Positions 37,269 through 59,270 of a stretch of 64,000 nucleotides of DNA are shown here, in pieces. This stretch comes from Eledone cirrhosa. Its lineage: Eukaryota. The position numbers and the translations under genes were made by a program. The notes under the pieces are model-generated. The model did no database searches and had not been told where the DNA came from. It saw nothing but the letters and a program-made list of their open reading frames with translations. The stretch's first letter is position 1. Each line of letters begins with the position of its first letter. The stretch is taken from NCBI GenBank assembly GCA_964016885.1, contig OZ024760.1, positions 21,514,001 to 21,578,000 on the forward strand. Reading direction: 5' to 3'.

Positions 37269-38320
37269 TAGACAGTCTCCCAAGATTTGTAATACAGCTT
37301 TCTCAACTAAAAATACACAACTACTTCTTGTCCTGTCATAAGGAGGGTCTGGTCAGTTGGCCGTGCAGTACGTTGCTCACAGTGGAGCCATAGTATACAT
37401 ATATTGTTAGACTTCAGAAGCATCATACTGTCAATAAAAAACTGGTTGAATTTTACTTGAGTATGTAATTTGTTCATTGTTTAGTTTAATAATTCGGTTG
37501 TCATCATCATCATCATCATCATCATTTCATTTTACGTCCGCTTTTTCCCTGCTTGCAAGGGTGGGACGGGAACTGATTCTGGCTTGATTTCTACAGCTGG
37601 ATGCCCTTCCTAACACCAACCTCATTTATAGTGAGTGCTGAGTGCTTTTTTGCCGTGGCACCTCCACGGCCACTTTACAGTGGAATGATAGGGACCCAGT
37701 CCCTATCATCTCATTTCTACAGCTGAGTAAACTGGAGCAATGTGAAATAAAGTGTCTTGCTCAAGGAAACAACACATCACCCGGTCTGAGAATTGAACTC
37801 ACAACCTTTCGATTGCAAGGCCAATGCTCTAACCACTAAGCCATGTGCCTCCATGCCTTGTATATTTTTTAATTGTCAAATGTCTTTCATAACACATTCT
37901 GTGACCTCATCAATGACTATTGTTGCATCTCCGTGTCTTCTCTTTCTCCCGCTTTTGTTCTATCTACAGATACACACTCACACATGAAAAGACAAAGTAC
38001 ATGTATATATATTATATATACAAGGTGGATTGTGTACTTTTTGTTGTGTTGAGCACGACCACCTTACAGGGTGAACAGGATGTTTTTTTGTCATGTCAAA
38101 TCGGACCGAGGAAACAATGTTTCCGTTGGTCTTTCCAGTTGCTAGTACTATCTATCGGTTGCAACTCCAGGTAGAAGGAGCAACGTGAAATAAAGTGTCT
38201 TGCTCAAGGACATAACGCATCACCTGGCCCGAGAATCGAACTCTCAACCTCACGATTGCGAATTTCCAATTCTCTAACCACTCAGCCACGTGCCTTCACT
38301 TATAATTAATATATATATAT

Positions 38321-39410
38321 ATCATCATCATCATCATCATCGTTTAACGTCCATCTTCCACGCTTGCATGGGTTTGGATGGGAGTTTTCCCACTTGAGGC
38401 AAGAGTGGTTGTCTTGCTCGCATAGGACTGTCTGGTGGGTTTTCTATGGCTGGATGCCCTTCCTAACACCAACCACGTTTACAGTGTGGACTGGGAGGTT
38501 TTTACCGTGTTACCTACACGGCCACATTACAGCGTGGACTGTGTGTTTTTTTATCGTGACACCTACACGACCTCATTTGTTTCGGGCTGGATGTTGTGGT
38601 ACCAACATAACTTTACATTGAAAGGGGTTGGGGTAGTGGGACGGGGGTGTATTTTTGTTAGAGGTGCCTACTGACTGTAGTAGGTTTCACTTTGTACTTA
38701 GGTAAGGCGGGTCATCTGTATTACTGTGTAGCACCAAAGATCTCGGTCCAGTGACATTGTCTTGGAGAGGTGTAAGTGTGTGAGGTCGGAATTTATCAAG
38801 TCGTCCCAGGTTTTTCTGGGTCTGCCTACTCCGTGGCTACCATCTATTTTTATTGCCCTGCACTTTTTTATACAGCTGTCATCTTTCATGCGCATCACAT
38901 GACCATACCAATGTAGTCTTCTCTCGAGTAAACAACATCTGATCCCTTTTATTTCTAATTTTTCCCTTAGTTCGTTTATGCTTTGCTGTTCACGTATATT
39001 ACTATTACACATCCAGCAGAGCATGCAAGCTTCGTTCCTCTCCAGTCTGCGTATATCCTCTGCACACAATGCCCAGGTCTCACTGCCATGTAACATTGCT
39101 GTTCGTATGCAGGCATCATACAGCCTGCCTTTCATTTTTAGAGCGAACACTTTAACGGCTAATAGTGGTATAAGTTCTCTGAACTTTATCCATCTAGTTC
39201 TGACTCTAGCTACTGTACTTTCAGAGCACCCTCCCCCACTGCTGATTTTGTCACCCAAGTAATGGAAGGTGTCCACTATTTCTATAGAACCATCTGTGCA
39301 ATGGAATGAGCTAGTATTCTGTGGGCACTTGCTGCTACTTATTGCACCAGAGCACCGGCCACATGTAAAATCTATGTTCTTAGTTAGCTTACTTGTGATC
39401 CCACTACATC
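38321..39410 (-). mobile_element. Second copy of the PHD-RTE LINE, 5'-truncated, inverted relative to 30375-31765
   Basis: Near-identical protein (ORF 38698-39453) and 3' UTR. Confidence 0.92.
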
Positions 39411-40493
39411 TTATATATATATATATATACATATATATAACACTGTAATACATCTCAAGTGTTAGAAGCTAAGATAAAGGGTGTTACCTCCGTTCCCTGG
39501 TAGTGAAGCTGAGGTAAAGGGTGTTACCTCAGTTCATTGGTAGGGAACAGCTAATACTGTAATACATCTCCAGTGTTACAATTTGAGCAAAGAAACAACA
39601 ATAATAATAAATAATAATAATAATTTCTTTATTTGCCACAAGGGCAACATAAATACATTACAATACAGTATGAGAGAATACAAATATGGAAACAAAAAAA
39701 AAAAAACATTATCATTATTATCATTGTTATTATTATTATTATCATTGTTACATAGGGCACAAGGCTTCATGTTGATATGGGTAAAAAGGGGTGGGGACTT
39801 GAGGAGAGGGAGTGGGAGTAGATGAGATTGAGTGATGCTCATGCCTTTCTCGAGGGCAAAAAAATTAAATCGAAAGGAAATAGTTACAACTGGGACTAAA
39901 CTAATAAAACGCTATACATCATCATAATCATCATCATCATCATCATCATCATCATAAACAATAACATCATTCAATCCCAAACAAAGGCTGAAACACAAAC
40001 AAAGGCTGAAACAGATTTAATTAAATGTTCAAATGTTCAACATATTCTGTAGGCACAAAACCCTCTGATTGACAGGTGGAGAGTGAGAGAGAGAGAGAGA
40101 GAGAACAAGAGAAGGAGAGAGAGAAAGAGAAGGTGAAAGAGAGAGAGAGAAAGAGAAGACGAAGGCCAGATGTTGGGAAGAGTGGGGGAACTGATTGAAT
40201 AATAATGAGGGATGTTGTGGCATCCATGCCTTTTCCAAAGGACATCGGGGGGCGGAGGGGGGCGGAGGGTGTTGCAGGGGGGGGGGGGGGGGGCAATATA
40301 TAAGTAAAAGGGGAAAAAAAAAAAAGAAGAAAGATTAAAAGCAAAGTTCAGTGAGTGAAGTGGAGTCACTGTAACTGGGATAGAAAAACAGAACCAGTAG
40401 CAGATGCAGGTTCGCTTGGACTCAACCCAGTGAAGGGGAGAAACTAATCACTTATCACTTAAACACTTTGCAGATTTATTTATCATAAACGTC

Positions 40494-40539
<46 letters not shown>

Positions 40540-40799
40540 TAACAATAATGGTAACATTGCAATGTAAAACTTAAATCTGATTATTTTTTTGTTTTTGTTT
40601 TGTTAAGTTATAATTAAAATCAGGTAAAGATAAAAAAGAAAAAAAGGAAATGAATTAATGAATTAATTAATTAACATAAAAATGACTAATAATTAAGTGT
40701 GAAATGATTTTTGCACAACCACCTTGAAAATAAAATATGAACGTAAAAAGTCAATAACATTTAGAAACGATCAGGGTAGAAAACAATTATACATATATT

Positions 40800-48440
<7,641 letters not shown>

Positions 48441-49439
48441 TAAGCATAAATATGCAGTAGCCATGTTTTCATTAGTAAAAAAACAATTTTATCTGAAAGT
48501 GCTTAATTTCTTGCAGTTAATCTACATGGCCAGGCTGGTGGCGGTGGTGATGGTAGCTCTGACGGTTGGGGTGGGGCCTATTCAACCATTTACCCTCTTG
48601 CTTACACTCCCCCTCCCTCCTCCTTTCCATCCCATACATGTTTGGATCAGACTTAAAAATTGACGAGTCGAATCGGAGTGACATTTTGTCTGTTGGTCAT
48701 TTTGACAAAAAAAGGATTGCATCAGTAGTAGTAGTAGAAGTAGTAGTAGTAGTACTACTACTACTATTACTATGACTACTACTACTATTACTACTACTAC
48801 TACTACTATTACTACTACTACTACCACCACCTCAACAACAACAATAACAAAAACAACAGCCAACATGAGCCAATACCTAGTGAAAGAAATAGGTTACATG
48901 TACATAAGATATGTCGCCCTAAAACCCATGAGGCTGATGTGGGAGAGAAAAGAGAGGGTGGTAGCCACCATAAGCTCTCCCACCCCAAATAACCAAACCC
49001 CAGCCAACCTCACCATTCCATGTGAAACTGAAGAGTAGGAAAAAATGCAGTCACCCTTCAGGATCCCACCTCTATTTTCACCACTGCCAATACCATCACC
49101 ATTACACACACAACACCTCCCTGCTTATACATAGATACATACATACATACATCTCTCTCTGTCTCTCTCTCTCTCTCTATATATATATATACATACACAC
49201 ATACACTGGTTTACATATAGAGAGTGTGGTGTTGTTGTTGATGATGATGATGAGTTTTTTTTTTTTTTATATATTGGTTTCATATCGTCTTCTTCGTCCT
49301 CTTTTTCTTCTTCACCTTCTTTAGTATGTTCACTGATTCACTGAAGAGCGTAGTAGCAACATCATCATCAACAACAACAACAACAACAATAACAGCTGCA
49401 ACAGCTGCAACTGGCTGCTACAGCAGGTTGCATGAGTAA

Positions 49440-49533
49440 TCAATATGAAAAGGCGGTGTTGGTGATGAAGTCTTTAATATGCTGCAGCTTGCACAGGGGA
49501 CTGTCCAGATGTGGGTACATCTTCTTTACGAGT
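49440..49533 (-). CDS. Possible terminal coding exon of an unidentified minus-strand gene
   Basis: Strong acceptor (ttttttcttctttgtttctgtag) at 49534-49535. One frame reads LVKKMYPHLDSPLCKLQHIKDFITNTAFSY*, another TRKEDVPTSGQSPVQAAAY*. Followed by ~10 kb nearly free of TEs that resembles a 3' UTR. Confidence 0.35.
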
Positions 49534-49727
49534 CTACAGAAACAAAGAAGAAAAAAATCAAAACAAATAAATAAACATCATCATCATCATCATCATCATC
49601 GTTGTTTAATGTCCATCTTCGATGGTAGCTTGGGTAGGACATTAATACAGATTTTATGATAGAAAAACTAGCAAAATGGGAATTGATATCACTATTTCCA
49701 TCAATTGTTTTGGCAAAATAAACTCTC

Positions 49728-49764
<37 letters not shown>

Positions 49765-49924
49765 ACACTGTAAATGTGGTTGGTGTTAGGAAGGGCATCC
49801 AGCTGTAGAACACCCGCCAGACAGTCCTATGCGAGCAAGACAACCACTCTTGCCTCAAGTGGGAAAACTCCCGTCCAAACCCATGCAAGCGTGGAAGATG
49901 GACGTTAAACGATGATGATGATGA

Positions 49925-49984
<60 letters not shown>

Positions 49985-51216
49985 TCACTGTTTTACGTCC
50001 ATTTTTCCATGGTAGTATGGGTTAGTCGAGTTTTCCAGTTGTGGGCCATGCTAGGTCAGGTGACCATAACTTGCTCATACAGGACTGTGCATCATCATCA
50101 TCATCATTTCATTTTACGTCCGCTTTTCCCTGCTTGCAAGGGTGGGACGGGAACTGATTCTGGCTTGATTTCTACAGCTGGATGCCCTTCCTAACACCAA
50201 CCTCATTTACAGTGAGTGCTGGGTGCTTTTTTGCCGTGGCACCTCCACGACCACTTTGCAGTGGAATTATAGGGACCCCAGTCCCTATCATCTCATTTCT
50301 ACAGCTGAGTAAACTGGAGCAATGTGAAATAAAGTGTCTTGCTCAAGGAAACAACACATCACCCGGTCTGAGAATTGAACTCACAACCTTTCGATTGCAA
50401 GGCCAATGCTCTAACCACTAAGCCATGATTATATATATGTATATTGAAAAATAAACCTCATTTGATAATTCTATGAGAGTATCTTGTGTCAGCTGACCCT
50501 CATATATGATGTGTATAAATGGTCACCATCAGTCACTAAGGGCCGTGGTTATACACCTAGAAAGTTTCCCCCCGAGGCACAAGCCCGGCCAAGGTTTGTT
50601 TGTGGAAGACCAACAGTCGCCCATGCATACCAGTCTCCCCTCTCCACGCCGCCGATGTTGTCCAAGCGAAAGGCAATGGCTGATACAGCTTGGCACCAGT
50701 GACGTCACAACTTATTTCTACAGCTGAGTAAACTGGAACAACATAAAATAAAGTGTCTTGCTGAAGGACACAATGCATCACCCGTTCCAAGAATCAAACT
50801 TACAATCTCTCAATTGCAAGCCCAACATTCTAACCACTAAGCCATGTGTATATAATTAAAATCAAACATTTTATTTATTGAAAGACATTCATGAAAACAA
50901 GCAGAAATTCCCAACCAACCAAAAACAGTAAAAAGGTGAAATGCCACAGAGAAGAGAGTATATCATGCAGGCTGTAGGAAGAGTAATAGAAAAGGGATTT
51001 TAATAAAGCTACACGAGGTATGAGTGTGTATGTATGTATGTATATATATATATATGTGTATGTATATATAGTGGTAGAACACCGTGAGGTTATATCTGTA
51101 GTAAGTAGAGCACTCAGTCCAAAGGACGAATTCGGTATAAATTTTGTTCCACAACATATTAGCAAACCATCCTCAAAGACACGTATTTCACCCAACGGAT
51201 TTTCATATACATATGC

Positions 51217-51281
<65 letters not shown>

Positions 51282-51428
51282 TATATATATAAGCAACAGG
51301 GATATTTAATTTGTTGGTAATTCAACAAATATATATATTTATAACTGATTCAAAGCACTCAACAGATTTTCTGGAGTATAATATCAATGATATTAAATAA
51401 ATGGAAACTATATTTATAAAACCATATT

Positions 51429-51489
51429 TATTCTATTATATATATTTCAAGGGTGCCAAAACTTTGGTACGCTCTCATCAGATAAAATA
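51429..51489 (-). ncRNA. Minimal type-I hammerhead, intact core (left arm of palindrome 51389-51713)
   Basis: tattttat CTGATGA gagcgtaccaaagttttggcaccctt GAAAT atat ATA atagaata. Confidence 0.8.
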
Positions 51490-51612
51490 CAAAGTTTGTT
51501 TTATAAATATTGACATATCCAGGAAGAAGATCTTAATGGTTCCTATCCAGGAAAAACTTGAATCGTTAAGATCTTCTTCCTGGATATGTGAATATTTATA
51601 AAACAAACTTTG

Positions 51613-51673
51613 TATTTTATCTGATGAGAGTGTACCAAAGTTTTGGCACCCTTGAAATATATATAATAGAATA
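51613..51673 (+). ncRNA. Minimal type-I hammerhead, intact core (right arm); predicted cleavage after 51665
   Basis: tattttat CTGATGA gagtgtaccaaagttttggcaccctt GAAAT atat ATA atagaata; palindromic AUAU loop III. Confidence 0.8.
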
Positions 51674-52075
51674 AATATGGTTTTATAAATATAGTTTCCA
51701 TTTATTTAATATTATTTATATATATATATAATGAAGGAAGAGTGGTAAGGAACCAGATGGACCATAACACACCAGAGTACTCAATACTTAGGGTAGTAGA
51801 GTGGGTAATATATATATATGTATGTATATATATAAATATATATATGGAGATAAATGTGTGTGAGAGTGTGTCTGTGTGTGTGCACGATAAACCCTAAATA
51901 TTCTACCATGGGAAAAAAAAAAAAAATGAAAAGATATATTTTGTAGAAATAACAGATTATAGGAATTAAAAGGCAAGCAAAGCATTCTAAAAGATATTGA
52001 CAAATGTGAAGGTCCTCAGACTAGAAAATGCAGCCAACCAAACTGCAGCACATGCAGCAACCTATTAGAAGGTCC

Positions 52076-52304
52076 TTAACCCTTTAGCATTTAAACTCGC
52101 TGTATCCGGCCAGAATTCTCTTACCTCTTTCTGTTCAAACGGGCTGTAACCAGCCACTCATACCGCTGTTAAGGTATTGTTCTCAAAATAAATAATATCA
52201 AAATCCCATAGATTTGATATTATGTGAGATATTATTCGAGATAAAGCCTTTACCACAAAAAATACAATTGTATATACAGAGTAATGTAAATGCTAAAGGG
52301 TTAA
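52076..52304. mobile_element. piggyBac-type MITE (TTAA TSD; second copy 53161-53436)
   Basis: TTAA-CCCTTTAGCATTTA ... TAAATGCTAAAGGG-TTAA. Confidence 0.8.
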
Positions 52305-52482
52305 TTTCATTTCAAAGTAGAAACTATTTTCAAAATTAAAAACGCATTATTTTTTTAACACGTACAGTTTAATATATACTAGAATTTTTTCAACATGCTG
52401 ATGTGTATGTGTTTATGTGTGTATATAGATTGTACACACAAATGTAGTGAAGGTTAGATGCTGTTTTCTGTAGTTTGTCATT

Positions 52483-53005
52483 ATCCCTTTCTTCCTCAAT
52501 CATCTCAAATGTGTGACATCATCACCCTTCCTTCCTCAATCATCTCAAATGTGTGACGTTATCACCCTTTCCTTCCTCAGTCATCTCTAGAGTGTGACGT
52601 TGTCACCCTTCCTTCCTTAGTCATCTCTAGTGTGTGACGTCATCACCCCTTCCTTCCTCAGTCATCTCTAGTGTGTGACGTCATCACCCCTTCCTTTCTC
52701 AGTCATCTCTAGTGTGTGATGTGATCACTCCTTCCTTTCTCAGTCATCTCTAGTGTGTGACATCATCACCCCTTCCTTCCTCAGTCATCTCTAGTGTGTG
52801 ATGTGATCACTCCTTCCTTTCTCAGTCATCTCTAGTGTGTGACATCATCACCCCTTCCTTCCTCAGTCATCTCTAGTGTGTGACATCATCACCCCTTCCT
52901 TCCTCAGTCATTTCTAGTGTGTGACGTGATCACCCCTTCCTTCCTCACTCATCTCTAGTGTGTGACATCACCCCTTCCTTCCTCAGTCATCTGTAGTGTG
53001 TGATG
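52483..53005. repeat. 40-bp minisatellite, ~13 units
   Basis: ccttccttcctcagtcatctctagtgtgtgacatcatcac units. Confidence 0.92.
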
Positions 53006-53510
53006 GAAGGATGGACGGAAGTCACTCAGAGATATATATATATTGTAATATACAAGGGAGGTCAAAAGTTAAACTAATTACTACATAGTATATTTATTAC
53101 TAATACATTTTAATTTGAGTGTTTAGACCTTCATAAGTTTTAACACTTTCCTGACTATTTTTAACCCTTTAGCATTTAAACCAGTCATATCTGGCCAGAA
53201 TTCTCTCATCTCTTTCTGTTTAAACCGGCCATAACTGGCTGCTCATACTGGTGTTAAGGTATTGTTCTCAAATTAAATAATAGCTTCGATATTATGTGAG
53301 ATAATTATGTGAGGTAAAGCCTTTACCATGAAAATACAATAGTATATATAGAGTAATGTAAATGTTATGTGAGGTAAAGCCTTTATCATGAAAATATAAT
53401 AGTATATATAGAGTAATGTAAATGCTAAAGGATTAAAGTTGTTTACGTTTTTGAAATGGAGATGTTTGGACATGGGTTGGTAAATAATTATGTTTTTTAT
53501 ATTGTTTAAT

Positions 53511-53574
53511 GATTCTGAAGAATTCAGTACACAGGAATGTTACTTCCTTCTGTATTTGAAAACGTTTGTAAATC
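53511..53574 (+). ncRNA. Degenerate hammerhead motif
   Basis: gatt CTGAAGA attc agtaca c aggaa tgttac ttcct tc tgtatt t GAAAAC gttt GTA aatc (one extra A). Confidence 0.5.
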
Positions 53575-55094
53575 TATCAAATAATTGTTTCTACTTTAGG
53601 CACAAGGCCAGCAATTACCCAGTGCATTACTGGTACTTTATTTTATCGACCCCGTAAGGATGAAAGGCAAAGTCAACCTCGGCGGGATTTGAACTCAGAT
53701 TGTAAAGGGACGTAACTATGCTGGAAAGCATGGCGTCCGATCAAATAATATAACTAAACCCTGGTTATTTTATTTATATATATATATATATATATCCTCC
53801 TCATCATCATCATCATCACCGTTTAGCATCCATTTTTCCATCTTGCATGGGTTAGACAGGTTGTCCACGTGGGGGAGACAAGTCTGGTCAGAATTGGCTA
53901 GGCCGTACCTTGCTCCGATGGGAATGTAAATTAGGCCAGGTATTTTACAGCTGGATTGTCTTCCTAATTGTCAACCACATTTACAGTGTGGAACTGAGAA
54001 GGGACAGGCCAGATGGCCACGCCAAACCTATATCACAGTGGAACCAATAGTTTTGAAGCCCAGAACTGGATGGCACCACTATGATATATATATATATATA
54101 TATATAGGGTTTAACGTAATTTCACCATGTGTTTTTCAGCATGACGGTTGTGTTGGACATCTCTGTGGATATTGGCAAGTATATATGGAGGCACATGGCT
54201 TAGTGGTTAGAGCATTGGCCTTGCAATCGAAAGGTTGTGAGTTCAATTCTCAGACCGGGTGATGTGTTGTTTCCTTGAGCAAGACACTTTATTTCACATT
54301 GCTCCAGTTTACTCAGCTATAGAAATGAGATGATAGGGACTGGGGTCCCTATCATTCCACTGCAAAGTGGTCGTGTAGGTGCCACGGAAAAAGAGCACCC
54401 AGCGCTCACTGTAAATGAGGTTGGTGTTAGGAAGGGCATCCAGCTGTAGAAATCAAACCAGAATCAGTTCCCATCCCACCCTTGCAAGCAGGGAAAAGCG
54501 GACGTAAAATGATGATGATGATGATTGTCTTATGTGCCATCTTGATTCTATATTTCTCTTAGAATGGTGAGACAAACCTCTGATGAGTACCTGTTTCTCT
54601 TATGGTTTAATTATAATCGATAGTTTGTCTTCGATGATTGATATTATTGATTGATTTTTTTTTAGATGATTGATTACATGGATTGATTTTGAGCTACACT
54701 CTCCAGGTATGAAATAGCACTATAAGGTTTCTCTTATGATTCCACTTATGTATATATATTCTTCTATGAAATATGTATTTGGTATATATACAATATACTG
54801 TGTTTCTTAGACAATATATATATATATATATATATATACATTGGTAGAAATCCATTGACGGAAGATCAAAGAAAACAGTGCTCGATCTGGTGGAAGAGAG
54901 CTCATTTAGTGTAAACAAAGTTTCATACACTTGAACCAATGGTTTTGGGGTCCAGTCATGGACATCACTGTATAATGGAGGAGGCCCTTTTAAACTGATC
55001 CTTCATTCAGGCATATGGACAGGGGGCCATGAGTGAACCCTGAAAACATTGGTAGCCCATACATGTTAACTGTAAGAAGAAACTTTGTTTACAC

Positions 55095-55141
<47 letters not shown>

Positions 55142-56624
55142 AGAGGTTGCATTCACATGCACATACTCATGCATTTGTTACCATGCACATTTTAAAAATA
55201 CATACATGCAGTGTAACATTTTCATTATTTTTTATTATTATTGTTTTTTTTTTTTATTATTGATTATTATTAATATTAGTGTTGTTGTTGTCATCATAAC
55301 AACAATAACAATGTTGATAACGAAAACAATATCAATAATAATAATAATAATTGTTTCTACTTTTGGCACAAGGTCAGCAATTACCCAGTGCATTACTGGT
55401 ACTTTATTTTATCAACCCCGTAAGGATGAAAGGCAAAGTTAATAATAATAATAATAATACCAATGATAATAATAATGATTTCAGATCGAGGCACAAGGCC
55501 AGCAATTTTGGGGGAGGAGGGGAAAGTTGATTAAATCGACCCCAGTGTATGACTGGTACTTTATTTTATCAGACCAGTAAGGATGAAAAGCAAATCAATC
55601 CCACCAAGGTTTGCTTTGCCTTTCATACTTATGGGGGTCGATAAAGTAAAGTACCAGTAGCATACTGGGGTCGATTTAATAGACTATCCCCTCCTCTCCA
55701 AAACTGTTGGGCTTGTGCTTTTATCAGAAATTATTATTGGCCCTTGCCATTCTGAGTTCAAATCCCGCCGAGTTTAACTTTGCCTTTCATCCTTACGGGG
55801 TCGATAAAATAAAGTACCAGTAATGTACTGGGATAATTGCTGGCCTTGTGCTTAAAGTAGAAACAATTATTATTATTGTTGTTATTATCATTGATATTAA
55901 AGTGTTGTAGTTCGCTTGAAGCATTGTGGAACATGAAATACAAACACAACTCGGAAATAAGTTTGGTTATTTGGAAGCCTGACGATGTGTGTGAGGTATA
56001 AGTAGCAAGGTAACAAGAATTTGAGAAAATAGGACAAAAGTACAAAGATAAGAGTGAGAATGATAGAAAGTTCCCTTAGCAATTTTAATGATCCCCTAAT
56101 GGAGGCACATGGCATAGTGGTTAGAGCATTGGCCTTGAAATCGAAAGGTTGTGAGTTCAATTCTCAAACCGGGTGATGTGTTGTTTCCTTGAGCAAGACA
56201 CTTTATTTCACATTGCTCCAGTTTACTCAGTTGTAGAAATGAGATGATAGGGACTGGGGTCCCTATCATTCCACTGTAAAGTGGTCGTGGAGGTGCCACG
56301 GAAAAAAAGCACCCAGCCCACACTGTAAAGTGGTCGTGTAGGCGCCACGGAAAAAAGACCACCCAGCACTCACTGTAAATGAGGTTGGTGTTAGGAAGGG
56401 CATCCAGCTGTAGAAATCAAGCCAGAATCAGTTCCTGTCCCACCCTTGCAAGCAGGGAAAAGCGGACATAAAATGATGATGATGATCCGAAAATATTTGG
56501 AATCATTAAAATTGCTATGGTAGCTTTCTATCATTCTCACTTTTATGTCAGTTCTTTTGTCCTATTTTCTTACCTTGTCCTATTTTCTTACCTTGTTACC
56601 TTGGCACATATATCACACGCAATA

Positions 56625-57742
56625 ATGGGTTTCCTGCTTCCTCTTTGCCCACTTATTACTGAGAGGGTCGTGCGGGCAGAGATCTCAAACACTCCTTCCA
56701 GCGGGTCATGTCAGAAGCAGCCGTCTCCAACTGATCCAGTTGGAACCCTAGCTCATAGATTTTATCCAACAATCTTGCTAGGGATCTACCCCTGGGTCTC
56801 TTGCCAGTTGATTTTTGCCCATAATAAAATCTGTTCAGAAATTCTTTCCCGAGACATTCTAACAAAATGCTTGTAATATTGGAGCTGTAGTCACTCTACA
56901 TGGAGTAACTCTCTGATCTCTGAACTACAAATCTGTCCAGCGATTCTTTCCTGAGACATTCTAACCACATGTCCATAGTATCGGAGCTGTGATCTCTCAA
57001 TTTGGAGAAGTAGCAGCTCTACCTGGTGTGACTCTTTGATCTTTGAACTACAAATCTGTCCAGCGATTCTTTCCTGAGCCATTCTAACCACATGTCCATA
57101 GTATTGGAGCTGTGATCTCTCAATTTGGAGAAGTAGCAGCTCTACCTGGTGTGACTCTTTGATCTTTGAACTACAAATCTGTCCAGTGATTCTTTCCTGA
57201 GACAGTATAACCACATGTCCATAGTATTGGAGCTGTGATCTCTCAATTTGGAGAAGTAGCAGCTCTACCTGGTGTGACTCTTTGATCTCTGAACTACAAA
57301 TCTCTCCAGCAATTCTGTCCTGAGACATTCTAACCACATGTCCATAGTATCGGAGCTGTGATCTCTCAATTTGGAGAAGTAGCAGCTCTACCTGGTGTGA
57401 CTCTCTGATCTTTGAACTACAAATCTGTCCAGCGATTCTTTCCTGAGACATTCTAACCACATGTCCATAGTATTGGAGCTGTGATCTCTCAATTTGGAGA
57501 AGTAGCAGCTCTACCTGGTGTGACTCTTTGATCTCTGAACTACAAATCTCTCCAGCAATTCTGTCCTGAGACATTCTAACCACATGTCCATAGTATTGGA
57601 GCTGTGATCTCTCAATTTGGAGAAGTAGCAGCTCTACCTGGTGTGACTCTTTGATCTTTGAACTACAAATCTGTCCAGCGATTCTTTCCCGAGACATTCT
57701 AACCCCATGTCAATAGTATCGGAGCTGTGATCTCTCAATTTC
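56625..57742 (-). mobile_element. RTE-type LINE C-terminal fragment carrying a 123-bp in-frame tandem amplification (~7 units)
   Basis: 41-aa unit ELLLLQIERSQLRYYGHVVRMSQERIAGQICSSEIKESHQV, followed by GKRPRGRSLARLLDKI. Confidence 0.8.
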
Positions 57743-57999
57743 TTAGGTTTCCAAATAACTAAACATATTTCCTAGTTGTATTTGTATTTCATTATAGATA
57801 TTGTTTTCTTTATTGTTATTGTTGCTATAGCTATTGTTATTGTTGCTATAGCTGTTATTGTTGTTGCTATAGCTGTTGTTGTTGTTGTTATTACTGCCAT
57901 GTTGTACATACCTCAATACTGGTGGTAGATGTAACTGGTTTCATCCAACATACACTTGGCATTAGCTGGGATCAGCAACATATGCAAAGAAACGTAGTG

Positions 58000-58430
58000 G
58001 TGATGGTTATAGTGTGGTTGTGGAGGATGGATTTGTGTGTGTGTGTGTGGTAGTGGTTATAGTGTGGTTGTGGAGGATGGATTTGTGTGTGTGTGTGGTA
58101 GAGGTTATAGTGTGGTGGTGGACGGTGGATTTGTGTGTGTGTGTGTGTGTGTGGTAGTGGTTATAGTGTGGTGGTGGACGGTGGATTTGTGTGTGTGTGT
58201 GTGTGGTAGTGGTTATAGTGTGGTGGTGGACAGTGGATTTGTGTGTGTGTGTATGTGTGTGTTATAGCAGCAGAAATAATGTATATGTGTGTGTGTGTGT
58301 TATAGCAGTAGAAATAGTGTATATGTGTGTGTGTGTGTGTGTTATAGCAGTAGAAATAGTGTATATGTGTGTGTGTGTGTGTGTTATAGCAGTAGAAATA
58401 GTGTATATATATATGTGTGTGTATGTGTGT
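58000..58430. repeat. Compound (GT)n-containing minisatellites
   Basis: ggtagtggttatagtgtggtggtggacggtggattt(gt)n and ttatagcagtagaaatagtgtatat(gt)n units. Confidence 0.85.
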
Positions 58431-58809
58431 TGAAAGCTATCTGTCTGTAATAACTAATAATAAAAAAGGGTATCAGATTGGACCAAGGGAACTAGGGTTC
58501 TTATTTATTTTATCAATCTTTGTTTGTTGAGCGTCTAGGTCATAGGATATATACAAAAGAATAACCATAAACACTGACAAATATATATATATATATGTAT
58601 ATACATATATGAATATATATATATATATACATATATGCATATATATATATATGTATATACATATATGAATATATATATATATATGTATATACATATATGA
58701 ATATATATATATATATATATACATATATGCATATATATATATATACATATATGCATATATATATATATATATACATATATGCATATATATATATATATAT
58801 ATACATATA

Positions 58810-58848
<39 letters not shown>

Positions 58849-58898
58849 GTATATATATATATTTATATACACACACAAGCATAGACACACACACACAC

Positions 58899-58939
<41 letters not shown>

Positions 58940-59270
58940 TACATATATATACATACATACACACACATATGTATAAATGGATAGATATGAGAGAGTTGGG
59001 GGGTGGGGAATAACTCTCCTTTCATATATACAACCGTCTCAGTGTGCCTAGTGGGGGGGGGGGGGGTATTAAAGACGGTGGAGATCCTGGTCTGGGGTTC
59101 AATTCTGGTCAGGAGATACACATAGGGGGTCTTACTAAACTTTAGTTGTAGTGCACCTGAGCACTGTACACAATAATTTTCATTGGAATTATGGAATTTC
59201 AATTGGAATTATTTTTAATGAGTAAAATAAAAATGAACATACAAAATAAATAGAGAAAATCTAGACTTCA

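Noticed and set aside
54186-54260. tRNA-like sequence
   Set aside because: SINE head with A/B boxes but no complete cloverleaf; not a tRNA gene.
54570-54620. CTGATGA followed by a PLE-tail-like sequence
   Set aside because: No stem II/GAAA; at best an internally deleted relic.
54840-55097. Exon-like island after a ttcttacag acceptor on the minus strand
   Set aside because: All three frames hit stops; the 18-bp inverted repeat suggests TE debris.
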